From positions 84,118 to 148,117 of the IMG/VR virus record IMGVR_UViG_3300021426_000004: 64,000 nucleotides of DNA; one strand, given 5' to 3'. This document shows, piece after piece, positions 1-9,597 of this stretch (positions within the stretch are counted from its first letter, which is position 1; the number at the start of each line of letters is the position of its first letter). The position numbers and the translations under genes were made by a program. Source of the stretch: a virus (lineage: Duplodnaviria; Caudoviricetes). Below the pieces are notes generated by a model. The model did no database searches. It was not told the DNA's origin and was given only the letters and a program-made list of their open reading frames with translations.

Positions 1-1239
1 ATCCATAAAAGGATTAATTTCAGCTGTAACTGTTTTCTTTTCTTTCAGTTCAGCAATTTCAGACTTCAGATCATTGATTACTTCAACAAGCTCTGCAATC
101 ATTTGTTCTGCAGTCTTTTTCTGGTCTTCGACATGAACGACGTCTGGTGTTTCAGCGGGTTCATCCGCAGGACCGGGTTCTTCAGAAGGGGTATCCGATG
201 GTGTATCATCGTTAGTATCACCATCGTTTTGAGTTGGAGCGCCGTCGTCTTCAGCCTTTACTGTTTCGACAACTTGCTCCTCAGCAGCTTCATTTTCCGC
301 AACATGCACGCCATCATCAGTAACCACAAGTTCACCATCAACAGGTTCGGTAGTGGTTGTCTGAATTTCGACTTCCTGATGCACTGCACGATCTGTTTCA
401 GAATCATAAGCATGAGTTTCATGCGTTACTGTTTCTGTGGTCGTAACGTATACAGTTGCGATCTCTTCTTCTGCATTTTCCTTCTTCTTGTTATTGCAGG
501 CAGCATCTTCCTGGGAAGCATTTTCTTCTTCGGAAGCAGTTTCTTCCTGTTTGGCGGTTTCCTCTTCGGAAACTGCCTTTTTTTCTTCAGCCAGTTCAGA
601 CTGAGTGGCTTCGGTTTCAACAACTTCAGCCTTGTTTTCTACTTCTGCCATTTCCTCATCATCCTTTCTGGTTTCATCTGCTTTTTGCTGTGCAACTAAT
701 TCAAGCGCAACAGCATCTTCACAGGCTGGATAGGTCACAATGGCAGTGCCCTCCAAGTAATTGTTTTCAGACACATCAATCAGGATAGTGTTATCATCAA
801 GTTCCTCGTATTCGCCAACGGTAACTTCAAAAGAAAACTTTAAAGCATTTTCTGAGAATAACTCAAGAATAGCCTTGCTAAGCTTCTTGTTACGTTTTGG
901 AATCCGCGCATATCCAATTAAGGCGCAACCGTCTTTATTAGATTGCTTTTCAAACTTGTAAAACGATCCGATTTGTGTCGAATGAAATTCGCCTGTTTTA
1001 ATGTCATACAGATGACCAAGGCGATTGTAATTTCCGCTGATCAAAGCCTTTTTATCGGCGTACAGCGGCAAGCCCACATACCTTGCTTCGTTATTGACAA
1101 TTTCATCAATAAAAGCTTCGGTTACTCTCGCTCCATTAAGATTAGCCTCAGGAGCTTCGCAGATGCGAGCTTTCACAGTCATAAACACATCTGACTGTTC
1201 AATTGCGGAGATGGTAGAAGCAAATACTAATTTGCTCAT
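1..1239 (-). CDS. Putative prohead protease/scaffold (3' end runs off the window)
   Basis: ATG at 1239 with GGAGAG RBS; reads MSKLVFASTISAIEQSDVFMTVKARICEAPEANLNG... into a long Glu/Ala-rich region; lies downstream of the portal; not in the ORF track because it is truncated. Confidence 0.6.
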   Translation of the reverse strand, partial: MSKLVFASTISAIEQSDVFMTVKARICEAPEANLNGARVTEAFIDEIVNNEARYVGLPLYADKKALISGNYNRLGHLYDIKTGEFHSTQIGSFYKFEKQSNKDGCALIGYARIPKRNKKLSKAILELFSENALKFSFEVTVGEYEELDDNTILIDVSENNYLEGTAIVTYPACEDAVALELVAQQKADETRKDDEEMAEVENKAEVVETEATQSELAEEKKAVSEEETAKQEETASEEENASQEDAACNNKKKENAEEEIATVYVTTTETVTHETHAYDSETDRAVHQEVEIQTTTTEPVDGELVVTDDGVHVAENEAAEEQVVETVKAEDDGAPTQNDGDTNDDTPSDTPSEEPGPADEPAETPDVVHVEDQKKTAEQMIAELVEVINDLKSEIAELKEKKTVTAEINPFMD

Positions 1240-1329
1240 TTTGACTCTCCTTTTGCTTTGCGTTCAGTGGTGGGAGACAAAGAGCGCAAGGCTAATCTAT
1301 GATTAACACCTTTCGGTGAGAACCATCCG

Positions 1330-1401
<72 letters not shown>

Positions 1402-1603
1402 AAACTCTGGGACTTACACCTTACGGATGCCCAGACACTGTCAAGGTGCGCATTATAATTCGTCATAACAAATAACAAACGAGATATAAGAGGCGCTGAC
1501 AGCACTACTAATATTCTCGGCTTTTCGGTGCCGTTACCACTCCAACGTTGCATTAAGGCGCAACAACCTTTTCACAGTCCCAGTTTATTTACCGTCGCCT
1601 GGA

Positions 1604-3169
1604 CTACGACTCGTCATCCATTGATCCTTCTGGATTACTTGGCTTTGGTTCACGACCTCTTACAGCACTTTCAGGATCGGATGTGCGCTCGTCATTGTCC
1701 AATTCAGGACGTCCGACGTTTTCATTGTTATTTTGTGTATTGTAAAGCTCCCTTGGAAGCATTGTTTCATCAGTGCCATCTGTCTTTTCCTTTTGTCTCT
1801 TATCTCTTTCAACTTCAAGAGAATATCCTTGAGACTTAGACATGGTATCTGTAGAAATAACGCCTTTCTGCCATAACTCAAGAGCCTTTTCACGTAAAGC
1901 TTTCTTGCCTTCCATGGACAACGGCTGGAAATGAAATTCAGGAATATCTTTAAGGTTATATGTCCCTGGAATTTCTTCAGCAAGTCTTTTGTTGATTTTA
2001 GTCATCATGTCACAGAATTCATCACGTACAGCATTAATACGGGCTTCAGCGGTTTGTGTTGAAACCTGAGCAGAAGCAAAAGTAGAACCGTCATCAGATA
2101 CACCTGTAACTAAAACAGCGCTTATTCCGCCAGCTGCAAGAATATCGTTGTTAACACCTTTATATTTATCCCATTGGAAAAGATCGTTTAAGTCAAACTG
2201 AACAGGATTAGCAGTAGCAAGGTGATTTGTTACAGCAAGCGGTGTTCCGCTCATAGCTGAAATGAAGATTCTTCTGATTTTACTCAACTGTTGTTCGTCA
2301 GGTAGTATGTCATTTGTTTTAGAACTTTCTCCATATTTCACATGAACAAAGCTTCGTTTGCCAATATTCAGCATCGCGTCTTCATAACTGGAAATTAGTT
2401 CTTTCTTTGATAATGCTCTTAAGCAAGCAACAAGAAAAGGAATGGAATATCTTTGCCAACTTTCCTTTGTGCATTGCAAAACAAAAGTATTCTCAGGATT
2501 CAACTGAGCATACTGTCTGTTTTCTTTTACTGCTTTTTGAATTTCTTCTGGATAACCTTTAAGAATATAATCAATATTACTATCCTTTACATATTTGTCC
2601 TCAACACTATATGTCTTGGCACGTATTTCGTTAATAATACTTTGACAGTCGTAATCAACAATTGGTGTACCATTGAAAGTAGTATTACCAATTCTCCATT
2701 TGTGAATCGGAAGTGTGATCAAATCGCCATTATACAAATAGCAACAGACATTATAGTATTTCCATACTTCAAGCATGATAGCATCTATTTTTTCTCTGAG
2801 CCGCATTCGCTTATATTGTTCTTCAAAAAGCGCATACGTCTTTTTCTTTGATCCTGTAAGATACCAGTCGGAACAAGTGGAAAATGGAACATATACATGT
2901 TTTATAATTCCATGAACAATAGGATCTGCGTCAGTATAATAGTCAACCAGCTGATAAATACTCTGGATGTTATCCTGTTTATTACGAAGGATGCCGACAT
3001 AATCAAAATCAGCAAGCTCACCAGTAAATGTAAAGTTTGAGTTATTGAAACTTTGAATAGTAGTTTGATCTTTTTCCCGGTCTACTCCAACAATAACTTC
3101 ACGTTTCTTTTGAGGCTGTGTCTCTGCAACAGTCTCAGTACGGCCCAGAAGCCGATTAAATAAGCCCAT
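1604..3169 (-). CDS. Portal protein
   Basis: 521 aa, directly downstream of the large terminase; C-terminal VGRP motif with acidic tail typical of Bacillota phage portals. Confidence 0.8.
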   Translation of the reverse strand: MGLFNRLLGRTETVAETQPQKKREVIVGVDREKDQTTIQSFNNSNFTFTGELADFDYVGILRNKQDNIQSIYQLVDYYTDADPIVHGIIKHVYVPFSTCSDWYLTGSKKKTYALFEEQYKRMRLREKIDAIMLEVWKYYNVCCYLYNGDLITLPIHKWRIGNTTFNGTPIVDYDCQSIINEIRAKTYSVEDKYVKDSNIDYILKGYPEEIQKAVKENRQYAQLNPENTFVLQCTKESWQRYSIPFLVACLRALSKKELISSYEDAMLNIGKRSFVHVKYGESSKTNDILPDEQQLSKIRRIFISAMSGTPLAVTNHLATANPVQFDLNDLFQWDKYKGVNNDILAAGGISAVLVTGVSDDGSTFASAQVSTQTAEARINAVRDEFCDMMTKINKRLAEEIPGTYNLKDIPEFHFQPLSMEGKKALREKALELWQKGVISTDTMSKSQGYSLEVERDKRQKEKTDGTDETMLPRELYNTQNNNENVGRPELDNDERTSDPESAVRGREPKPSNPEGSMDDES

Positions 3170-3187
3170 TGGACTCAGCCCCTTTCT

Positions 3188-4879
3188 TTAAAATCTACCA
3201 AACGTTTTAGCAATACGTTTAGAATAAGCATCACCAAAGCCACCAGTTATGCCAACGCACACTGGTCCCCTTTGATGTTGCTTGACATTCATTTTTTCGA
3301 GTTCTGATATGTAGTCATTGCCCATAGCCAATGCTGAATATCTATCCTTATGTTGTGTTGCTTTAGGAACATCATATGTTTTATTACCTGAAGAGCTTGT
3401 CTTTTCTACGATATTGCCCATTTCCATTTGCATAGCGTCTGCTTCAAGGAATATAGCCATTTCTTCTTTTGACATTCTTTTGGATTCTTCAGGAATATCC
3501 AATTGTTTAGCACGCATAGTTCTTTCCTGAATGGGTAATTCAATTGTTCCTTTTTCAAAGCACACACGAAGATTTGTGTAAATTCTCTGGTTCAGATTAT
3601 TTACAGCCCGGAACGGATGCAACGTTTGTTCAGCAACAGGATTGGACAAAGGTTGATCATCCACAACAAGTGGAGGATATTCACGACCGGACGACACATC
3701 AACCCATTCTTTATCGAAGAATCTGTCAAAGCTGTCTCCGACACCGCGAGCATCGTAAATAATTTTTTCGGTGTTTGGAAATCTGATATGATAATATTCC
3801 CTTATTATTTCTGCCAGATAATCCAAAGGCTCACCATTGAAAGTTCGTATATTCACAACTTTACGAGCAAAAGATCCATCTGACTTTTCTGTAAATTTAA
3901 TTACAACAAGGCATGTGTTATCAGAACCTTTAGCTCTTGAAGTTGCTATATCGATACAAATGATATATCTTGATTTTGAATTTTTCGGCTGTTCCATTTC
4001 TATATTTTCGAGTGTTCTGCATTTTGATGTAAGATCAAAAGGCAAAGCAGAATTGGAATTGGAACCTACGAACTTAGAACCATACTCTACTTGAAAGGTA
4101 AGGTCTGGCATCTTCTCTTTTTCTTTTAAGAAGAAGTCCATGTCCGTAATGCCATTCGCAGCTGCAGCACGATAATCCAAAGCACAGGCAAAAGAACCAG
4201 GTTCACCCTTTGCCATATCTTTTAGCACTCTTATGAAGTCATCATAAAAAGTGTTTGCTTTAGGGCATGCAGATGTTGTGCATATAGTCTTGGAAGCATA
4301 GTCTTTAAAATTATAGTTAAAAGATATATCCCGTTTATAGTTTTTAACAGGGCCGATGACAGAATCCTGTTCTTCCTGAGGAATTAAAGCTGTTTCATCC
4401 AATACAAGAATCTTCGCTCTGTTACCACGCATACTGTCAATGGAAAATGATTCGATATACGAACCATTCTTAAATGAACACTTGCCCTTATCTTTCGAGA
4501 TCTGAACAAGGCTTCTGGCGTTCGAAGCTGAAATTTCATTTGCAAGATTAGGATTCTGATCAGAAATCAACTTTAATTTCTGAAGAACAATAGTAGCCTG
4601 TGCTGCTGTGCCTGATACAACAGCACATACCGTGCCTGGATAAAGAACGCAAGTTGCAGCACAACACAAAGCAACAAGCCATGTTTTACCGGAGCCTCTG
4701 GATTGAACGATTTTAACATCGCTCCCTCTTCCAAAGGCTCTTGCGATCACATGCTGATCTCTTGTTAGCTTGATAGGTGCAAACATTTGTTCGATTGCAA
4801 TATCAAGATGGTCTCTCCAGAAAAGTATCTGCTTTTCGGCCGCGCTGAAATTAGTGATAACTCCCGCTCTGGCTATCAT
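3188..4879 (-). CDS. terL: Terminase large subunit
   Basis: Walker A SRGSGKT, Walker B ILVLDE, nuclease motifs CIDIA and HKDRYSAL; start moved to ATG 4879 (AGGAG RBS). Confidence 0.92.
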   Translation of the reverse strand: MIARAGVITNFSAAEKQILFWRDHLDIAIEQMFAPIKLTRDQHVIARAFGRGSDVKIVQSRGSGKTWLVALCCAATCVLYPGTVCAVVSGTAAQATIVLQKLKLISDQNPNLANEISASNARSLVQISKDKGKCSFKNGSYIESFSIDSMRGNRAKILVLDETALIPQEEQDSVIGPVKNYKRDISFNYNFKDYASKTICTTSACPKANTFYDDFIRVLKDMAKGEPGSFACALDYRAAAANGITDMDFFLKEKEKMPDLTFQVEYGSKFVGSNSNSALPFDLTSKCRTLENIEMEQPKNSKSRYIICIDIATSRAKGSDNTCLVVIKFTEKSDGSFARKVVNIRTFNGEPLDYLAEIIREYYHIRFPNTEKIIYDARGVGDSFDRFFDKEWVDVSSGREYPPLVVDDQPLSNPVAEQTLHPFRAVNNLNQRIYTNLRVCFEKGTIELPIQERTMRAKQLDIPEESKRMSKEEMAIFLEADAMQMEMGNIVEKTSSSGNKTYDVPKATQHKDRYSALAMGNDYISELEKMNVKQHQRGPVCVGITGGFGDAYSKRIAKTFGRF

Positions 4880-4892
4880 ATAAATACACTCC

Positions 4893-5807
4893 TTACATAG
4901 AATCCAGGCCAAGAGCCTCTACTATGTAAGAGAATTCCTGGATAGTTTTGTCTACATCGTCCTTATCCCAATAGACAAGTTTGTCTGCTAAAAAACCATG
5001 AGTTTCAAGATGCAAAGTAAGTTCAGACCACGAACTCATTCCTTCCTTATCTCCGGGTTTACGTTTACATGCAGCAAAGTTACCTGTTTTCATAAGAAGG
5101 TCCAATTGAGCAATTGCATCTTTAACATCCTGTAAAGAGCATCGTCCAAGCATATAATCGTTCTGAACTTTATCCGCAAGCAAAGAAGCCTTTGCAACTT
5201 TTTTAGCCGTATCCCTAAGAGCAGTGTCAGAAAGGTTGAAATCATTCTCCAGACCACTGTAGTAATTTTCCAGATATTCAAGTTCAGACTCTTTGAATTC
5301 GCCGTTGAAAAATTCATTGTAGACTTTCAGATTTTTATCAACCTTTGTTTTCTTAGGATCAAACTCAACGATCTTACCGTTTTCTTTGGCTTCGTCATAG
5401 TCATTTGTGTTTGTGTCCGTAGAGTGATCCTCATACTTATAGTTCTGAGTTTTCTGCATTAATGCAGGCATAATAGGACACGCAATTGACTCTAATAGTA
5501 CCTGTCTTCTTTCGGCGTTGGATTTTTGATATACAGAAGATTTAGCTGCTTGTATTTCTGCTTGTTTAATGGCGTTGTTCCAAACGTTCTCGCGCCATTC
5601 TCTGTTGTTCTCCCAAAAGTATCTCCGCATCTCATCTTTGGTTCTGATCTTTGCAAGACACTGTTTACACCATTTATCCTTTTTCCCATTCTCAATCCAA
5701 TCTCTATTGGAGTAAAACTGAGATAGAGGTTTTGTCTGGTTACAGTGAAAACAAAGCCGTGTCTGAGCAGGAGTCTTGCCTTTGGGTTTCGACAGTATGT
5801 ATGCCAT
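4893..5807 (-). CDS. Zn-finger protein, possible terminase small subunit
   Basis: CxxC...CxxC N-terminus; immediately upstream of terL; function inferred from position only. Confidence 0.45.
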   Translation of the reverse strand: MAYILSKPKGKTPAQTRLCFHCNQTKPLSQFYSNRDWIENGKKDKWCKQCLAKIRTKDEMRRYFWENNREWRENVWNNAIKQAEIQAAKSSVYQKSNAERRQVLLESIACPIMPALMQKTQNYKYEDHSTDTNTNDYDEAKENGKIVEFDPKKTKVDKNLKVYNEFFNGEFKESELEYLENYYSGLENDFNLSDTALRDTAKKVAKASLLADKVQNDYMLGRCSLQDVKDAIAQLDLLMKTGNFAACKRKPGDKEGMSSWSELTLHLETHGFLADKLVYWDKDDVDKTIQEFSYIVEALGLDSM

Positions 5808-6148
5808 TACTCAGTGTCGTCCTGAATAACTGCAACTAAATCTTCTCCGGTAATAGTTTTCTTTTCAGCATCAGATAATTCAGATTCCTTTACGGAAATA
5901 TAACCCTGTTCAAGAGGCATCTTATCGATTTTCTTATGAATCTGTTCAGTGCGAACTTGATTGTAATATTCAGCCAATGCTAAAAAGAGTTCAGGCGTCT
6001 TAGTATATTTGTATGTGATAATCGGATATTTATAATGCTTCTTAGCATAAGTATAGTTAATCCCTTTATCTTCGAGGAATTTAACTTCCCGTTTCCACTG
6101 AGTGGAATACTCTTTATCAAAAATATACTTTGGGATCTGATAGTCCAT
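5807..6148 (-). CDS. Hypothetical protein, first gene of the packaging operon
   Basis: 113 aa ORF with AGGAG RBS, overlapping the next start codon. Confidence 0.7.
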   Translation of the reverse strand: MDYQIPKYIFDKEYSTQWKREVKFLEDKGINYTYAKKHYKYPIITYKYTKTPELFLALAEYYNQVRTEQIHKKIDKMPLEQGYISVKESELSDAEKKTITGEDLVAVIQDDTE

Positions 6149-6187
6149 AAAATAATCACTCCTAAAAAATCATAATAGGGAGTCTTT

Positions 6188-6209
6188 CTCCCTTACGGTC
6201 TTTTTCGAA
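6188..6209 (-). promoter_or_regulatory. Core of recurrent phage promoter-like motif, upstream of the late operon
   Basis: Minus strand TTCGAAAAAGACCGTAAGGGAG; 21/22 identical to the core of the copy at 57964-58005. Confidence 0.65.
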
Positions 6210-6411
6210 AGACACGTTAAAAAGTGATAATAAATGCTGTTTATTTTTTTATAGTGTTTTGAAATGTTTACAAAATATTTTATTAATGTCGAAGAAGATT
6301 TGATTTTAAGCATGCTTTTTTATTTCAGCGTAAAAAAAGGGGACAAGATTTATTTTTAATATACATGTCCCCTTTAAATGTTCTATTCAGAAAATTGATT
6401 TAAGGAATGGG

Positions 6412-6515
6412 TTGGAAGAATCATTTGGAAGAATGATTTGGAAAAATAAGTTGGAAGATGATTTAAAGGACGACTTGGAAGAGAACATATCTACATCCTT
6501 TTTCTTTTATTGGAA
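6412..6515 (+). repeat. TTGGAA repeats in the divergent intergenic region
   Basis: Copies at 6412, 6425, 6438, 6451 (13-bp spacing), 6475 and 6510. Confidence 0.75.
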
Positions 6516-6611
6516 TTTTCCAGCGTAAATTCCCACCCTCCCACTTGGGATGGTGAACTGCCGGGCGCTTACGAGCAAACCCGAGCAAAAAGAAAAATGG
6601 AGGAAACAAAA

Positions 6612-6800
6612 ATGAAACATTCTGATTTCGTCATCATCATAATGAAGAACTCCCATTCTGCCTATGTGCAGATGGAAAGTCGGGAGTTTGAATGCTCCCG
6701 CAATGCCGCAGAGTCCTTAATGGTTTATGCTAGAACCAATTATGCCCTAACCGGTGTAATCAGAAATGAAATTGGAGATGTTAAATACATCTTCAACTAA
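6612..6800 (+). CDS. Hypothetical early protein
   Basis: GGAGG RBS before ATG 6612; terminator-like hairpin follows. Confidence 0.65.
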   Translation: MKHSDFVIIIMKNSHSAYVQMESREFECSRNAAESLMVYARTNYALTGVIRNEIGDVKYIFN

Positions 6801-6873
6801 TTCCAAGAAAGAGGTCGTCGTAAGACGACCTCTTTTCTCTATGAACAAAAAACATAAATAGGAGGATTGAACA

Positions 6874-7215
6874 ATGTATAACAGAGAAACTGAAAAAATG
6901 TTGGAAAAAGAAGGTGTAAACACATTTGCATACGTAAGTGCATTCAAGCCCTACGTTGAATCACTAAAAATGCGGAGAGAAGCACTCCGCAGCGGTGATG
7001 AGAGTATGTTCCGCTACGTGTTTTCTATTCCCTTTGACAGGGAAAAGCACGAAGCGCATAACATGGCGGTAAAAACAGTAACCGAACTCAACGCCAAGTG
7101 CGTTGAGCTGGGATACCAGCCAATCTTTTCTGGTGATTTACACAACCGTCAGGAGATTGGCAAATTTGCATGTGAATTTAGCGGGGAAGGCGAACTCGCT
7201 AAATTCGCAGATTAA
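6874..7215 (+). CDS. Hypothetical early protein
   Basis: AGGAGG RBS; hairpin and T-tract after the stop. Confidence 0.75.
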   Translation: MYNRETEKMLEKEGVNTFAYVSAFKPYVESLKMRREALRSGDESMFRYVFSIPFDREKHEAHNMAVKTVTELNAKCVELGYQPIFSGDLHNRQEIGKFACEFSGEGELAKFAD

Positions 7216-7250
7216 GAGAGGCTCGAAAGAGCCTCTTTTTTTTTATTTTT
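7215..7250 (+). terminator. Intrinsic terminator, type example of about 10 hairpin-TnATn units
   Basis: AGAGGCTC-GAAA-GAGCCTCT then a T-tract containing one A; similar units at 8196, 9134, 9511, 11590, 12529, 15511, 16310, 17244, 17738. Confidence 0.8.
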
Positions 7251-7336
7251 AATGGAGTCTAACAATAGATCCACCGGGCAACAGCGGTACTGAAGCTCCA
7301 GAAGTAGTCGAACTGGAGTAGATAGAGGAGGAAACC

Positions 7337-7825
7337 ATGAAGAAGGTTTACGTCCGTTGGATTGGTGCATTCGCAGGTCGCGAATACAGTCTGAAAGAGT
7401 CCATCTCCTTTGAAATGACTCGTAAAGACGAAGCAGCCTGCGAGCCGCTGATCAGAGCCAATCATCGTTTCTACACTGGTGTTGGTCAAATCAACCAAGT
7501 TGGTTTGATCATTCGGAACGAAGCGATCTTCAGAGAGTTTCGTTCCGACATTTGGTCCTACTACGGACAAGATACTAAGAAAAAGTATTCTGCCAGCAAG
7601 GACCAAAACCCAAAAGCTCTGTATGTTGGACGTTCTCAGAACGAATCCAACCATGCAGAAGCATGGGTAAAAATGTCGGATGCCGTAACCGGAATCGTGG
7701 TTTACGGCTCCATTTGCGAACTACGCAAAGATAAGCGTAACACGCTTCTGAACGCAGCTCGTAAATATAATCTTCCCATTTACGATTTGAATCGTAAAGG
7801 AGAACTCGTCGAAAGGAGGTTTTAA
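7337..7825 (+). CDS. Hypothetical protein
   Basis: 162 aa, GAGGAGG RBS. Confidence 0.75.
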   Translation: MKKVYVRWIGAFAGREYSLKESISFEMTRKDEAACEPLIRANHRFYTGVGQINQVGLIIRNEAIFREFRSDIWSYYGQDTKKKYSASKDQNPKALYVGRSQNESNHAEAWVKMSDAVTGIVVYGSICELRKDKRNTLLNAARKYNLPIYDLNRKGELVERRF

Positions 7826-8310
7826 GATGACGAGCAACAACAAAGATCCTCCGGCTTATCTTGGCGGGCTACACCAGAGGCGCTTAACAGTACAGGTCTG
7901 CTAGATCAATAAACAGATCTGATGAAGCTGTTAAGTTGGGTGCAAGTGCCAAACGGGCTCAGAGGAGCTCAGGCGAAACCCTGTGGCATTCTTCGGAATG
8001 GGACGTCTTTACAGGGGGTGCAGAAGCGGCTGTTACCTGACTAAAGGCTGTTAACCGCTACCGGCAACTCCGCCTGGAGAAGCCAATGGGCCAACATGGA
8101 AATGTGCTTATGACGTACATGGGGGTGTTGGTGTGCAAACCAGGACATTGAAAAAAGCACGGAAAGGAGACGTGATGTAAATTGCGTGTTTTTATAGAGC
8201 AGATATAATGTCTGCTCTTTTTTTTTATTTTACGGCAGTTCAAAGAGGCTGCACCGAGGTCCCAACTCGGTAACAGTTAACACCACAAGCATCGGAAGGA
8301 GGTGTGTAGT

Positions 8311-8760
8311 GTGGTGTGGACAACGTTTACCTTTGCCATCGTGGCTGTTCTGTTTATAGCCGTGGTGGCATTGGTTGGATACTTGGCTTACCGCTATTGG
8401 GAAGTAGCGGCGAGCTTGGTATTCGTCATGGTTCTTCTTGCAGGATTTATCTTCCTGCCGGGAGCAATGGCAGATCCAATTGTTGAAGGCAACATCGATC
8501 TTAATGATCGTATTGTTGTCTTCAATGAAGATGGCTCCTTTTCAACGGAGATCAGCTTTTCTGTTGAGATCGACGGATTGGAGGTCCTCCTCCCGTTGAT
8601 CATAAACGGCGAACTGGTTTCTGAAGAAGAAGCTGTCGAACACTTCCTCGAAACAGGAGAACACTTGGGGATGTTCTCCTCCATAGAGGAAGCAGAACAG
8701 TACGCCGAAGAACTGCATCTTCAGCAAGAAGAAAGATACAAAGAAAAGGAGGAATTCTAA
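8311..8760 (+). CDS. Membrane protein with acidic C-terminal domain
   Basis: Two hydrophobic segments at the N-terminus; GGAGG RBS before GTG. Confidence 0.7.
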   Translation: MVWTTFTFAIVAVLFIAVVALVGYLAYRYWEVAASLVFVMVLLAGFIFLPGAMADPIVEGNIDLNDRIVVFNEDGSFSTEISFSVEIDGLEVLLPLIINGELVSEEEAVEHFLETGEHLGMFSSIEEAEQYAEELHLQQEERYKEKEEF

Positions 8761-9128
8761 TGAACATTATGACCATCATTATCCTGCTGTCCCTTCTGGA
8801 GGAGCTGCCGGAGCTCCCGGAGTACATTCGCGCCAACCGCAAAGCCGCTCGGGATAACGTAATTGCCCGCAATAAGGCGATTGCCAAATCTCACAAGTGG
8901 GGTTTGTGGTATGACGAGGAACAGAGAGAAAACGGTTATCTGCATCTTGGGTGCAGCTGGAAACCCCAGCAGGTACACCATAAAAATCAGGAGGGTCGGT
9001 ACGCCGAGCCTCATTTCGGTGGACATCGTCGGTTCCAGAAACAGAGTAGGGATTATTATCCCAGTTGGACAGACGAAAAATGTCGTCGCCGTGCAGACGA
9101 TGCATTGAAAGATTATTTCAATTCCTAA
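8760..9128 (+). CDS. Hypothetical protein
   Basis: GGAGG RBS; translationally coupled (TAATG) to the previous gene. Confidence 0.65.
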   Translation: MNIMTIIILLSLLEELPELPEYIRANRKAARDNVIARNKAIAKSHKWGLWYDEEQRENGYLHLGCSWKPQQVHHKNQEGRYAEPHFGGHRRFQKQSRDYYPSWTDEKCRRRADDALKDYFNS

Positions 9129-9214
9129 CAATTAGCCTGAGCCTAACAAGCTCAGGCTTTTTTATTTTTAATGGCGGTTCAAACCGTCAAATATAGCTCT
9201 AAAGAGCAGGAGGG

Positions 9215-9466
9215 ATGACCATGGCAAAAATCGTTCCGTTTAACCAGTTAAAACCTGATACAACTTATTGGGAGCAGAGTCGCTACTGGCATAAGCTTCT
9301 TGGGCCGTGCAAGGTGATTCAGTTCTATGAGGGAATTCCACTTCTCGTGAAAAACGAAACTGGCTCGCACTACATTGAACCAAATTGGGACTGGTTCTGG
9401 GATAGCGAGCCTACTGAAGAAGAACAGGCCGAACACGTTCGGTCGTTCTTTGGATGGCCGTCCTAA
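9215..9466 (+). CDS. Hypothetical protein
   Basis: AGGAGG RBS, 83 aa. Confidence 0.7.
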   Translation: MTMAKIVPFNQLKPDTTYWEQSRYWHKLLGPCKVIQFYEGIPLLVKNETGSHYIEPNWDWFWDSEPTEEEQAEHVRSFFGWPS

Positions 9467-9597
9467 ACAAAACGTTAAACTTCCCAAATGGCAAATTATA
9501 CTTCTTCAAGAGAGAACGCAAGTAACATTGCGTTCTCTTTTTTTATCTTTTACGGCAACTCAGCCGCCAATAAAGTGTTGAGAGAAAGAGGTGTCCT

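Noticed and set aside
103-1306. Plus-strand ORFs such as 103-699
   Set aside because: Antisense shadows of the acidic minus-strand gene starting at 1239
7915-7985. Hammerhead ribozyme (CTGATGA...GAAA)
   Set aside because: Stems I-III could not be built adjacent to the core nucleotides
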